From an uncultured Clostridia bacterium (GTDB lineage: Bacteria; Bacillota; Clostridia; Oscillospirales; Acutalibacteraceae): a stretch of 12,734 nt of DNA. The stretch is from positions 1 through 12,734 of the forward strand of contig CALAQQ010000071.1 in NCBI GenBank assembly GCA_937888485.1. Direction: 5' to 3'. How positions within the stretch are numbered: the stretch's first letter is position 1; each line of letters starts with the position of its first letter. The position numbers were made by a program, and so were the translations under genes. Shown here piece after piece: positions 3,930 to 12,440 of this stretch. Below the pieces are notes generated by a model. It ran no database searches and had not been told where the DNA came from. It saw nothing but the letters and a program-made list of their open reading frames with translations.

Positions 3930-3961
3930 AGCACTTCCTTTTGGAAGTGCTTTTCTTTTTT
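3930..3961 (+). terminator. Rho-independent terminator of the native tRNA gene
   Basis: AGCACTTCC-TTTT-GGAAGTGCT (3930-3951) followed by TTTCTTTTTT. Confidence 0.8.
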
Positions 3962-3962
3962 G

Positions 3963-3991
3963 TTGACAAAAATCGGGCAATGATTTATTCT
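3963..3991 (+). promoter_or_regulatory. Promoter of the GxGYxYP gene: -35 TTGACA (3963-3968), 17-nt spacer, -10 TATTCT (3986-3991)
   Basis: Hexamers read directly. RBS AAGGTGG lies at 4000-4006 and the ATG at 4013. Confidence 0.45.
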
Positions 3992-4012
3992 GTATTATAA
4001 GGTGGTGTTTTT

Positions 4013-5680
4013 ATGACAAGATTTACAGCATTCTTTATTTCGATAATACTGTTTTTCATTTCATGCTTTACGCCCGCAACTCCTGAAGCAAAACCTGAGC
4101 AGGAGCTTTTACAACTCGGCGATATCTGCATTGACTACACACTTTCAGACAAGCTTTATGTTCTTGATTCATCAACATTCCAAAGCAAAGATGAACGTCA
4201 CATGGCGGTAGGTCTTCAGGGCGTTGTTGCAAAAACCGCTCCGCTCATATATATAGTCACAAATTCAGCAGATAATTATTATCTTGAAGAGATTGAAAAA
4301 AGCGGTATTGAACTTATACGCAAAGATGAAAACGGTGAAAATTGGACCGTCAAATCTCTTCTCAACAAATTCAAATCATACATAACCGATTCGGGTTATG
4401 TTCTTTACCGTGAAAGCGAAAAGGCAGAAGGTCTTAACGCCGCAACAAATCTTGCGGCTCTTTACGGATGGTTGCCCGTACCTGAAAGCCTGAAACAGCT
4501 TGCAGTTGATGCAGGTCTTTCTCTTAAAGAGGATTTTTCAGATGACACATACAACTTGGTTTTTCAGTGGAGTTTTTTTGAAAAACATAAGGATGAGTTC
4601 AATTATAACGCACTTGCCAGCCTTAAATATGAGGTAACGGGCATTCGTGACCTTGCAATTCAGCAAGGATTTTACACATTCTATATTGACGATAACGAAG
4701 ACACGACTCTTCTTCGCGGTCATGTTATGAAACATGCAGGAGATAACGTTCCCGTTCTCGGATGGGTTAAATACGAGGTTGCATTCGTTGAGCAGGCATC
4801 AAAAAACGGCAATATTGCACTCCCCTCAGATCACAGCCACAATAACAGTTACCTTGCTTCGTTCAGATATGATATTCCCGAACAAAAGCACAGTGTTACA
4901 AAGGAATACACAGACACAACCAAACATTACTGCGCAATCGTTTTCAGCGACGGCGACAATCTTCAATGGATTCAGAACGGATACAGCGAATATTATCAAA
5001 AACTTGCCCTCGAAAATCAGTTCCCCATAACATGGTCATTTCCGCCACTGCTCCAAGAATTTTCACCTATTACTGTCAAAAGAATATATTCCGATGCAAC
5101 TGAAAACGATTATTTCATGGCAGGTGTTTCGGGCGCAGGATATATTCATCCGACCGAATACCCCTTTGACGCTCTCGGAGGATTCACCGATTTAACCGCT
5201 TCCTCAATGATGAAGAGCAATCTTGAATATGTTCAGATTCTCGACGGCACTCCGGAAAATAAAATTGACGATAAAATCCTTACCGACAGACTTGAATACT
5301 ATGCAAGATACGATAACATCAAGGGCGGTGTTTTAAGCCTTGATCCAACAAGATATGAGGGCGGCAAGGGCATGATTTATTTCGTTAACGACAAGCCCTT
5401 TATCAGCTACCGTCTTTCTCTCTGGCATCCAGACGGCGAGGGTGCAAGCGTTACAAACGAATGGCTTGACGAGCAGGCAGCAACAGTCAATTTCTACCCC
5501 GCAGATATTAAATCAATCAACGGATACAGCGTTATCAATGTTCATCCGTGGACCGTCAGCATTGAAAATCTCGCATATTTCGTAAGTCAGCTTGACGAGG
5601 ACGTTGTTCTCGTAACGCTTGATGAGCTTATGGAAATGATTGACAAGAATATTCCTCACGAATATGCAAAACCGGAATAA
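4013..5680 (+). CDS. GxGYxYP-domain protein (putative secreted/anchored glycoside hydrolase family), 555 aa
   Basis: N-terminal hydrophobic signal/anchor FFISIILFFISC (possible lipobox). GVSGAGYIHP matches the GxGYxYP signature. Good RBS and TAA stop. Confidence 0.8.
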   Translation: MTRFTAFFISIILFFISCFTPATPEAKPEQELLQLGDICIDYTLSDKLYVLDSSTFQSKDERHMAVGLQGVVAKTAPLIYIVTNSADNYYLEEIEKSGIELIRKDENGENWTVKSLLNKFKSYITDSGYVLYRESEKAEGLNAATNLAALYGWLPVPESLKQLAVDAGLSLKEDFSDDTYNLVFQWSFFEKHKDEFNYNALASLKYEVTGIRDLAIQQGFYTFYIDDNEDTTLLRGHVMKHAGDNVPVLGWVKYEVAFVEQASKNGNIALPSDHSHNNSYLASFRYDIPEQKHSVTKEYTDTTKHYCAIVFSDGDNLQWIQNGYSEYYQKLALENQFPITWSFPPLLQEFSPITVKRIYSDATENDYFMAGVSGAGYIHPTEYPFDALGGFTDLTASSMMKSNLEYVQILDGTPENKIDDKILTDRLEYYARYDNIKGGVLSLDPTRYEGGKGMIYFVNDKPFISYRLSLWHPDGEGASVTNEWLDEQAATVNFYPADIKSINGYSVINVHPWTVSIENLAYFVSQLDEDVVLVTLDELMEMIDKNIPHEYAKPE

Positions 5681-5687
5681 TAAAAAC

Positions 5688-5706
5688 GGGCGGCTCAATG
5701 CCGCCC
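5688..5706. terminator. Bidirectional terminator between convergent genes
   Basis: GGGCGGC-TCAAT-GCCGCCC. An A-run lies upstream and a T-rich tract downstream on the plus strand. On the minus strand it is followed by GTTTTTATTATT. Confidence 0.7.
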
Positions 5707-5712
5707 ATAATG

Positions 5713-6225
5713 TTATTTTGATTTGACAAACTTATAAATTATCGGCGGCAAAACACAGGCAACAATCAATACAGTGCAAAAAATAATATGCGCCTCAGAA
5801 AAGCCCGCAGGTCTTACATTTCCGTAGAACTCTCTGAAAAAGCCGTCAAAAACAGATAATGCAGGCATGGCCGGAATCAAAAACAGCAAAAGAATAAATG
5901 AAATATAATCCTCAAATCCAAGACCTAAATATTGATTTATCCAAAGAAAAAGAAACGCAACCGAAGGAACAACTAAAAATAAATATGAACCGAATAACAT
6001 TGCGTCTTTCGATTTTCTTTTGCAAACAACAGCAATGACAATCGAATACACAAGAAAGAGAAAAGGAAATATCAGAGTTATCAGTCTGCTTTCCGTGGGA
6101 AGATAAATATAGTCAACCAAAAAAGGCATTCTTCCTGCTGAAAAAACTCCCAAAGCCCAGACCGCAAGCGTTATTGCGGCGCCGAGAAAAAACTGTTTTG
6201 TGTCCGAATGTTTTTTATTTGCCAT
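5713..6225 (-). CDS. Hypothetical integral membrane protein (170 aa, several predicted TM helices)
   Basis: RBS AAAGGAG before the ATG at 6225. Hydrophobic segments run throughout (LGAAITLAVWALGVF, LITLIFPFLFLVYSIVIAVV, LFLVVPSVAFLFLWI, FILLLFLIPAMPAL, IIFCTVLIVACVLPPII). No family recognised. Confidence 0.7.
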   Translation of the reverse strand: MANKKHSDTKQFFLGAAITLAVWALGVFSAGRMPFLVDYIYLPTESRLITLIFPFLFLVYSIVIAVVCKRKSKDAMLFGSYLFLVVPSVAFLFLWINQYLGLGFEDYISFILLLFLIPAMPALSVFDGFFREFYGNVRPAGFSEAHIIFCTVLIVACVLPPIIYKFVKSK

Positions 6226-6331
6226 ATTACCACTCCTTTCCTTATCTTAACTATATCACGGCAAGAAATTTATTGTGTTACGGAAATATTAATATTGAAT
6301 TACAAATATTTACAAAACAAAAGGTGAAAAA

Positions 6332-7015
6332 ATGAAAACCGAAATAAATATCATAGCTCATATTCACACCGATTTTTCGTCAAAATTCGGTATACCCCGT
6401 CAGAGCGGACTTGTTGACGAGCTTGAAGCAACGATAGTTTTTGAACCCGAATACCGCAATCCCGATGCGCTGAGAGGCATTGAAGAATATTCGCATTTAT
6501 GGCTTCTGTGGCAGTTTTCGGAATGCATGGACAAGGAATGGACTCCGACGGTCAGACCGCCGAGACTCGGAGGCAACAAAAGAATGGGCGTTTTTGCAAC
6601 ACGCTCCCCTTTCAGACCTAATCCGATAGGTCTTTCAAGCGTAAGATTTCTCGGCATTGAAAAAACGGAAAAGTACGGTTATGTTCTTCGTGTTGCAGGT
6701 GCGGATTTGCTTGACGGCACTCCGATTTACGACATAAAGCCATATCTTCCCTACGTTGACTCACATCCCGAAGCAAGCAACGGCTTTGCACTTGATGAAA
6801 AGGATGGCAGACTTACCGTTGATTTTCCTGATGAGCTTTTAAATATGATTCCGAGCGAAAAGCAATCGGCATTGATTGCAGTCCTTGCGCAGGACCCCCG
6901 ACCCGGTTATCAGGATATTCCCGAAAGAATTTACGGAATAGAATTTGCGGGGTTTGACGTGAGATTCAAGGTTGAAAACTCTGTTTTATCAGTTATTGAA
7001 ATCAAAAACATATAA
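6332..7015 (+). CDS. trmO: tRNA (N6-threonylcarbamoyladenosine(37)-N6)-methyltransferase TrmO (TsaA/YaeB family)
   Basis: Family-typical motifs: FGIPRQSGL, YSHLWLLWQF, GVFATRSPFRPNPIGLS, GADLLDGTPIYDIKPYLPY. 227 aa, RBS AAGGTGA. Confidence 0.88.
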   Translation: MKTEINIIAHIHTDFSSKFGIPRQSGLVDELEATIVFEPEYRNPDALRGIEEYSHLWLLWQFSECMDKEWTPTVRPPRLGGNKRMGVFATRSPFRPNPIGLSSVRFLGIEKTEKYGYVLRVAGADLLDGTPIYDIKPYLPYVDSHPEASNGFALDEKDGRLTVDFPDELLNMIPSEKQSALIAVLAQDPRPGYQDIPERIYGIEFAGFDVRFKVENSVLSVIEIKNI

Positions 7016-7046
7016 AAAAACCGAGGTTTTAAAGCCTCGGTTTTTT
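7016..7046. terminator. Bidirectional terminator between trmO and the convergent operon
   Basis: A-run, CCGAGGTT-TTAA-AGCCTCGG (7021-7040), then T6. Confidence 0.75.
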
Positions 7047-7047
7047 G

Positions 7048-8673
7048 TTACGGTTGCAGAACAATCGGATGGTCTTCACTGATATGCTCGATTGTTATAA
7101 AATTATTTCTCTTTGCATATGCCCACTTCATTCCGAACGCCTTACAAGCGCCGTCAACGGGCATATAAAGCTGACCTTCGTTGCCTCTGAAAACTTCCGC
7201 GCCGAGGTCAACATCGCCTTTATTTGTCACGGCAATACTGCTTCCTTCGGTGAAAGTAACTTCTCTTCCGTAGATTTTAAGAGTGACCTTTCCCTTTTCA
7301 CGGATATCTTCACCGCCTGCAAATCTTATCATAGTTGCAAAAGCGATATACCACTCGCCGTCTTTGCATACAGCGGGAGTTGACATATTGCAAAGAGCAA
7401 GATCGACACCTTTATAATACACTCTCGTTCTGCCTTCGCCGAAAACCGGAGCAACTCTGTAAGGTCTGATTTCGTCTTTTGATTTATCAATTGAGAATTC
7501 ATCAATGATTCTGCCGTCGTTAAGCTCGGAAATAATTGATATTTTATCGCCGTCAACCTCAACAAGAGCAAAAGAGGAAACCTGTTCCTCATGAGGATAG
7601 AAAGATGCGTGCCATACTTTGTCGGTTGTTTTTGTTCCGGGAGGATTGAAATTTGCGTTGCCGAGTTCATAATGAATCGTGCCCTGCGAGGGTCTGTCAA
7701 AAATCTCTTCGTTCTTTATAGGAAATGAACGGGAGAAGTTATGCTCATGACCCGAGAAAAGAATATCGAGCATTTCCATTGATTCGCGCATCATGGGATA
7801 ATCATCATCGTTTGCAAGGTTGGGACCTGCATAATAAACGGGGAAATGCTGAGTGCCGAGTTTCCAGGTTTTATCGCTTTTTGCAATATCTTCTATCGCC
7901 CATTCATTCATAAGCTCGGGTTCATTAACACCGAAAACATTGAAATGAACGTTGCCGTAATCAAATGAATAAATTTCCGTCTGCCAACCCTCAGGACCGT
8001 TCTTTGGATATGAATATTCAAGCTGGGTATTGAAAAACTCAGCGGGCTCGGCATAGTATCTGTTAACCTCGTTGGGAAAATAATGCTCAAAGCCTCTGTT
8101 ATCATGGTTTCCGCAGGTCATCATATAGGGCAGATGCTCCATGATACCTTCCATACCCTCAAACATTGCGTTCCACTGAATTTCATGCTGACCGCAGTTT
8201 GTATTGTCGCCTGCGGTCAGAATAAACTTTACATCGGGGTATTTTGCGAGAATATCTTTGAGGAACTTGTTGAGAGTTGAATAATCGGGATTATAATGGT
8301 CGTTATCCTTTTGGTGGTCGGAAATCGCAATAAATCTGAACTTTGTGAGGTTTTCTTCCTCGGTATCAAACCAATATTCTTTGCTTCTGTTTTCCGCACT
8401 TCCGCAGGTATAATAATATCTTGTTCCGGGTTTCAGATCTGACGGAGTTGCCCAGAAAATATTGCTCGTGTTGACATCACTCTTGAACGGCTTCACGATT
8501 GCGTCCGCACGCTTTTTTTCTCCGTCTTTTTCGTAATACTCAACGTAACCTTCGGTAACATCAAGGCTTGAACGCCACGTTACCGTCATTGAGGTTTTGG
8601 CATCTCCCGAAATGCTGACCATAATATGGTCGGGCTTTTCGGTTGCAAATCTGTAATTGGGTGTTCTTTCCAT
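7048..8673 (-). CDS. Metallophosphoesterase with a purple-acid-phosphatase-like N-terminal domain and a C-terminal copper-amine-oxidase-N-like (stalk) domain, 541 aa
   Basis: Metallophosphoesterase motifs ISDHQ, TAGDNTN, CGNHDN and SGHEHNF. N-terminal TVTWRS...GTRYYYTCGS. No obvious signal peptide. RBS AAGGTGA. Confidence 0.85.
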   Translation of the reverse strand: MERTPNYRFATEKPDHIMVSISGDAKTSMTVTWRSSLDVTEGYVEYYEKDGEKKRADAIVKPFKSDVNTSNIFWATPSDLKPGTRYYYTCGSAENRSKEYWFDTEEENLTKFRFIAISDHQKDNDHYNPDYSTLNKFLKDILAKYPDVKFILTAGDNTNCGQHEIQWNAMFEGMEGIMEHLPYMMTCGNHDNRGFEHYFPNEVNRYYAEPAEFFNTQLEYSYPKNGPEGWQTEIYSFDYGNVHFNVFGVNEPELMNEWAIEDIAKSDKTWKLGTQHFPVYYAGPNLANDDDYPMMRESMEMLDILFSGHEHNFSRSFPIKNEEIFDRPSQGTIHYELGNANFNPPGTKTTDKVWHASFYPHEEQVSSFALVEVDGDKISIISELNDGRIIDEFSIDKSKDEIRPYRVAPVFGEGRTRVYYKGVDLALCNMSTPAVCKDGEWYIAFATMIRFAGGEDIREKGKVTLKIYGREVTFTEGSSIAVTNKGDVDLGAEVFRGNEGQLYMPVDGACKAFGMKWAYAKRNNFITIEHISEDHPIVLQP

Positions 8674-8675
8674 AA

Positions 8676-9983
8676 TTATTTCACCTTGATTTTAAATAAT
8701 CTTGCACCGTGGGAATTGACTTCTGCCGAAAATTCACCGTCGGTTACCGCATATTCTTCATGCTTCCACATATCCCATACGGAATAATTTATACCGCCGA
8801 TCGCAATATCGTTGATATCAAATTTTATGTTTCTGACTTTATCATCGGTATTGAAAAGAGCAACATATTTACAGTTTTCACCCTTTGAAGTCCAGATAAT
8901 TTCGCCCTTGCCGTCGGTTTCGTTTCTGCTGAACTGTCTTGCACCGCTTGAGTTTTTGAGCATATCGATAAGCTCTCTGTTCTGAAGAAGAGAAAGAGTG
9001 AACTCATCGTTTTCACGCATTTCAGCACCTATCATGAGCGGTGAACGGAAAATTCCCCAAAGAGTCATCATCGTTATCTGCTCATCATGAGTAAAACGGG
9101 TATATCTGTTTCTGTACTTTTCGAGCTCTTCGGTCTTCTGAATCCTGCCTATGGGAAGCATATCACAATCGGGCCATGCACCCGGCTGAACATATTCCTG
9201 CCATGCATAGCAACGCTCAAACATTGCATGAAGCTTGCTCCATTCATCCCAGAAATCGCCCGTCATTCTCCAGAGATTTGCGTTTGCGGCAAGATGTTCA
9301 TGCTCCCATACGGGTGCGGGACCGGGTGAAAGGCTGAGAACCATATCTCTGCCGCACTTATCAATTGCTTTGCGGAGCATTTCAATTTCTTCTCTGCCCG
9401 AATAAGGCTTATCAGGCCACATCTCTGTATTGGCAATATCATCGCATTTGATGTAGTCGACACCCCACTCGGCATAAAGTTCAAAAATGGAATCGTAATA
9501 TTCCTGCGCGCCCTTTTTATGAGTTTCAAGACCGTACATATCGGGATTCCACGGACAAATTGACGAAGGCTTTGCAATATCTTTTGCAGTGACGCCTTCA
9601 CACTTGATTTTAGTATTCATGTGTGCAGCCTGTCTGGGAATGCCTCTCATGATATGAATACCGAATTTAAGCCCGAGTGAGTGGATATAATCAGCAATAG
9701 GTTTGAAGCCTTTTCCGCCTGCTGAGGAAGGAAATCTTTCAACAGAGGGAATAAGGCGTGAATATTCATCCATGCAAAGGGGCGCAAAATAGTGGTAATA
9801 AAAGCTGTCGGCTGTCGGTTCTGACCACTGAATATCGCAGACAACATATTCCCAACCGTAATCCTTAAGATGCTCAGCCATATAGTCGGCATTTGCAAGA
9901 AGCTGTTCCTCGTTAACGGCAGCACCGTAGCAGTCCCAACTGTTCCAACCCATGGGAGGAGTGGGGGCAAGTCTTTTGTGCAT
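8676..9983 (-). CDS. Glycoside hydrolase family 27 enzyme (alpha-galactosidase-like), 435 aa
   Basis: PPMGWNSWDCYG N-terminal signature and the VDYIKCDD nucleophile-region motif. Starts 2 nt after the upstream gene ends. Confidence 0.85.
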   Translation of the reverse strand: MHKRLAPTPPMGWNSWDCYGAAVNEEQLLANADYMAEHLKDYGWEYVVCDIQWSEPTADSFYYHYFAPLCMDEYSRLIPSVERFPSSAGGKGFKPIADYIHSLGLKFGIHIMRGIPRQAAHMNTKIKCEGVTAKDIAKPSSICPWNPDMYGLETHKKGAQEYYDSIFELYAEWGVDYIKCDDIANTEMWPDKPYSGREEIEMLRKAIDKCGRDMVLSLSPGPAPVWEHEHLAANANLWRMTGDFWDEWSKLHAMFERCYAWQEYVQPGAWPDCDMLPIGRIQKTEELEKYRNRYTRFTHDEQITMMTLWGIFRSPLMIGAEMRENDEFTLSLLQNRELIDMLKNSSGARQFSRNETDGKGEIIWTSKGENCKYVALFNTDDKVRNIKFDINDIAIGGINYSVWDMWKHEEYAVTDGEFSAEVNSHGARLFKIKVK

Positions 9984-9985
9984 AA

Positions 9986-10810
9986 TTATCTTTCCTTTCG
10001 ATAAACTCTTATCTCAAACTCTGCCTGAGTTTCGAGATAGTCAAGATTATTTATTTTTTGTTGGTCTTCAATTCCTGTTTTATAATAATAAGGTGTCATT
10101 TTGAAAAGGCTCTGTATCATTTCATTGGAATTCATCAGAAACTGTGTTTTGGTCTGACAAGTTTTAACACAGCTGAAGCCGTCAATTTCCGTATCGGGAA
10201 CATCGTTGAGATAAGGCTTTTCATATATTGCGGCTTTCAGTCCGAAAAGATGCTTTTCAAGCGGAATTATCTTTATAAGATAACCTCCTGTTTTCAGAAC
10301 ACGGTGAAATTCTCCGTCTGCATCGGGTGAAAAGATATTCAGCACCGCATCGAAGCGTTCGTCGGCAAACGGCAAATCAAAAAGACTTGCAACGGCGAGA
10401 GGAATTCCGCTTTTCCTTTTTGAGGCATATTCAAGCGCATCCTTCGAAATATCAACGCCCGAAACAAAAATCTCTTTTCCTTTTTCGGAATAATACTGCT
10501 TCAGACCCGATGAATAATAACATTCACCGCAGCCCGCATCGAGAAAATCTCTGCCGTCGGGAAGATATTTTTCGCAGATTTCACACAGTTCATCACGCAG
10601 AAAACCGTAATAACCCGAATCGAGGAAATCGCGTCTTGCCCTGACCATGAGGCGGTCGTCGCCGTGGCGTTTTGCGGAGGATTTCTGCGACTGCAACAAA
10701 TTCACATAGCCGAATTTTGACTTATCGAAACAATGCCCCTTTTCACAGCGGTAAAGCCTTTCTTCTTCTGAAAGCTCTTTTTTGCATACGGGACAAATAA
10801 AATTTATCAT
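9986..10810 (-). CDS. rlmA: 23S rRNA (guanine-N1)-methyltransferase, RlmA family
   Basis: Zn-finger CPVC...C.KGHCFD, then FGYVNLL, GDD..MV.AR..FL, and SAM motif LDAGCGECYY. The ATG overlaps the upstream TGA (ATGA at 10807-10810). Confidence 0.8.
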   Translation of the reverse strand: MINFICPVCKKELSEEERLYRCEKGHCFDKSKFGYVNLLQSQKSSAKRHGDDRLMVRARRDFLDSGYYGFLRDELCEICEKYLPDGRDFLDAGCGECYYSSGLKQYYSEKGKEIFVSGVDISKDALEYASKRKSGIPLAVASLFDLPFADERFDAVLNIFSPDADGEFHRVLKTGGYLIKIIPLEKHLFGLKAAIYEKPYLNDVPDTEIDGFSCVKTCQTKTQFLMNSNEMIQSLFKMTPYYYKTGIEDQQKINNLDYLETQAEFEIRVYRKER

Positions 10811-11673
10811 TTCTTAACCCTGTATTTCTCAATTTTTTTCATCATTGATCTGCCGACGTCATGCATGAATCTTTCGCATGCGGGAAGCAAATCATCTGGG
10901 AAGCCGTGGAGAAAACGGTCCGCTTCATACGTAAAATTACCCTTATAGTCGATTTCTCCGAGTGCGTGAAGAATATCGTCCCAATCCATTTCCATCATAT
11001 AGGGAAGAGTGTGGCTGTCATTAAAATTATCGTTATCATGGATATGAAGGCAACCGAGTCTGCCGTCCATCTGACGAATCATTGCGCCCGCATTATCGCC
11101 GACAAGACCGCAATGACCGAGGTCAAGGCAAGCGGTGAAATTATCGGGATTCAGAGCGTCAACGTATCGGTTGAAATCCTCTGCAACGGAGCAAACGTTG
11201 GGAACGATTTTGTTAAGCTTATTATCCCATCCCCACATATTTTCGAGCGCAATTTTAACGCCGTATTCCTTGGCATAAGGTTCGAGAGAATGATAAAGCT
11301 CCATGTTACGCTCAAACTGGTCTGAGCTGAACTGCACGGGATGAACAACGCAGATTTTTGCATCGAGAATGCCTGAAATTTCAAGCGCTCTCTTGAGCTT
11401 TTCAAAAATCTGTACGGTATATTCACTGTCAAATTCCTTTGCGCTGGGGAAAGGTGCATGAGCCTGCTCAAAGGTTACACCGTAATAATCGGCAATCTTC
11501 TTCAATGCATTAATGTGGTTTTTATAAGCTGACGTGTTGAGCACGTCGTTATCATCGTCCATTTTGAACATGGAATAGTCTATTCCGTCAAAACCGCTTT
11601 CGCAGATAATACGAACTGCCTCGGCATCTCCGAGACGTTCGGAGATTCTTTCCGTCTGATTAACAAGCTTCAT
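10807..11673 (-). CDS. Sugar phosphate isomerase/epimerase (xylose-isomerase-like TIM barrel family), 288 aa
   Basis: Family-like blocks KIALENMWG, CLDLGH and LHIHDND. RBS GGAGG is 8 nt before the ATG. First gene of the four-gene leftward operon. Confidence 0.85.
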   Translation of the reverse strand: MKLVNQTERISERLGDAEAVRIICESGFDGIDYSMFKMDDDNDVLNTSAYKNHINALKKIADYYGVTFEQAHAPFPSAKEFDSEYTVQIFEKLKRALEISGILDAKICVVHPVQFSSDQFERNMELYHSLEPYAKEYGVKIALENMWGWDNKLNKIVPNVCSVAEDFNRYVDALNPDNFTACLDLGHCGLVGDNAGAMIRQMDGRLGCLHIHDNDNFNDSHTLPYMMEMDWDDILHALGEIDYKGNFTYEADRFLHGFPDDLLPACERFMHDVGRSMMKKIEKYRVKK

Positions 11674-11705
11674 ATATTTGCCTCCTATTATAAGGTCATG
11701 AGAAC

Positions 11706-11734
11706 ATTATAACAGTTAACTCTCTTTTCTACAA
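11706..11734 (-). promoter_or_regulatory. Operon promoter: -35 TTGTAG (11729-11734), 17-nt spacer, extended -10 TGTTATAAT (11706-11714)
   Basis: Read on the minus strand. A GTTAAC-centred site (11715-11720) lies in the spacer. Confidence 0.55.
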
Positions 11735-11737
11735 GTT

Positions 11738-11749
11738 ATTGTTAACAAT
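11738..11749. promoter_or_regulatory. Perfect 12-bp palindrome ATTGTTAACAAT; candidate TetR operator
   Basis: Lies between the divergent TetR gene and the operon promoter, 3 bp upstream of its -35. A related half-palindrome AACAGTTAAC is at 11711-11720. Confidence 0.45.
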
Positions 11750-11820
11750 TTTTTAATTGACTTTTAAATAAAAATATATTAAATTATTATCATTGGGAAA
11801 TTATAAAGGGGAGAAAGAAT

Positions 11821-12396
11821 ATGGCTAAAGCAGAATACAGAAGTTCAATACGTTCAAAAAACCTTATCAAAAAGGCTTTGGCTAAGCTGATTCACGAAAA
11901 GGATATAGCAAAAATCACTGTTTCGGATATTATCAGAGAAGCCGATATAAGCCGCGGCACATTCTATGCTCATTTTTCAGATGTCAATTCTGTTGTCACA
12001 CAGATTGAAAGCGAAGAAATGAACAGTCTTATGGATTTTGTTGATAAATACGGTTTTGAAAATATCAGCAAAACACCAAACAACTTCATTGCCGTCATAT
12101 GCGAATATATGATGCGTGATATGGAGTATTACCGTATGCTTGCAATGTCAAACATACTCAACAACTTTATCTGGCGTCTTGTAAATGTTTACTATGAAAA
12201 ACTGCTTGAGATAGTTTTGTCACTCAGACAGGATATTGACAGAAACGAAGCTGAAACTTACCTTATTTATATCACCTCAGGTGCAAAAACAGCTATTCTC
12301 AGCTGGCTCAACGGTGAAATAAAGTGTACCCCGGAAGAAATCGGCGAAAGACTCGGAAAGCTTATCAAACTGTCACAGACTTATTTTGAAAGATAA
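11821..12396 (+). CDS. TetR/AcrR family transcriptional regulator, 191 aa
   Basis: N-terminal HTH ITVSDIIREADISRGTFYAHFSD. RBS GGGGAG. Divergent from the carbohydrate/rlmA operon. Confidence 0.9.
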   Translation: MAKAEYRSSIRSKNLIKKALAKLIHEKDIAKITVSDIIREADISRGTFYAHFSDVNSVVTQIESEEMNSLMDFVDKYGFENISKTPNNFIAVICEYMMRDMEYYRMLAMSNILNNFIWRLVNVYYEKLLEIVLSLRQDIDRNEAETYLIYITSGAKTAILSWLNGEIKCTPEEIGERLGKLIKLSQTYFER

Positions 12397-12401
12397 TAAA
12401 A

Positions 12402-12440
12402 GGCACGATGCAATTTTAAATGCACCGTGCCGATTTTTTT
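12402..12440. terminator. Bidirectional terminator between convergent genes
   Basis: GGCACGATGCA-(loop)-TGCACCGTGCC (one mismatch) followed by T7. An A-rich tract lies upstream. Confidence 0.7.

Noticed and set aside
4538-11471. Internal or antisense ORFs within host genes. These are 4538-4735, 4734-5030, 5513-5698, 6400-6657, 7045-7383, 7329-7700, 7725-7913, 7908-8105, 8083-8280, 8825-9028, 9087-9329, 9263-9601, 9647-9970, 10058-10330, 10327-10644, 10861-11325 and 11151-11471.
   Set aside because: Each lies wholly or largely inside a longer ORF that has clear family motifs and an RBS. They are shadow or alternate-frame ORFs.
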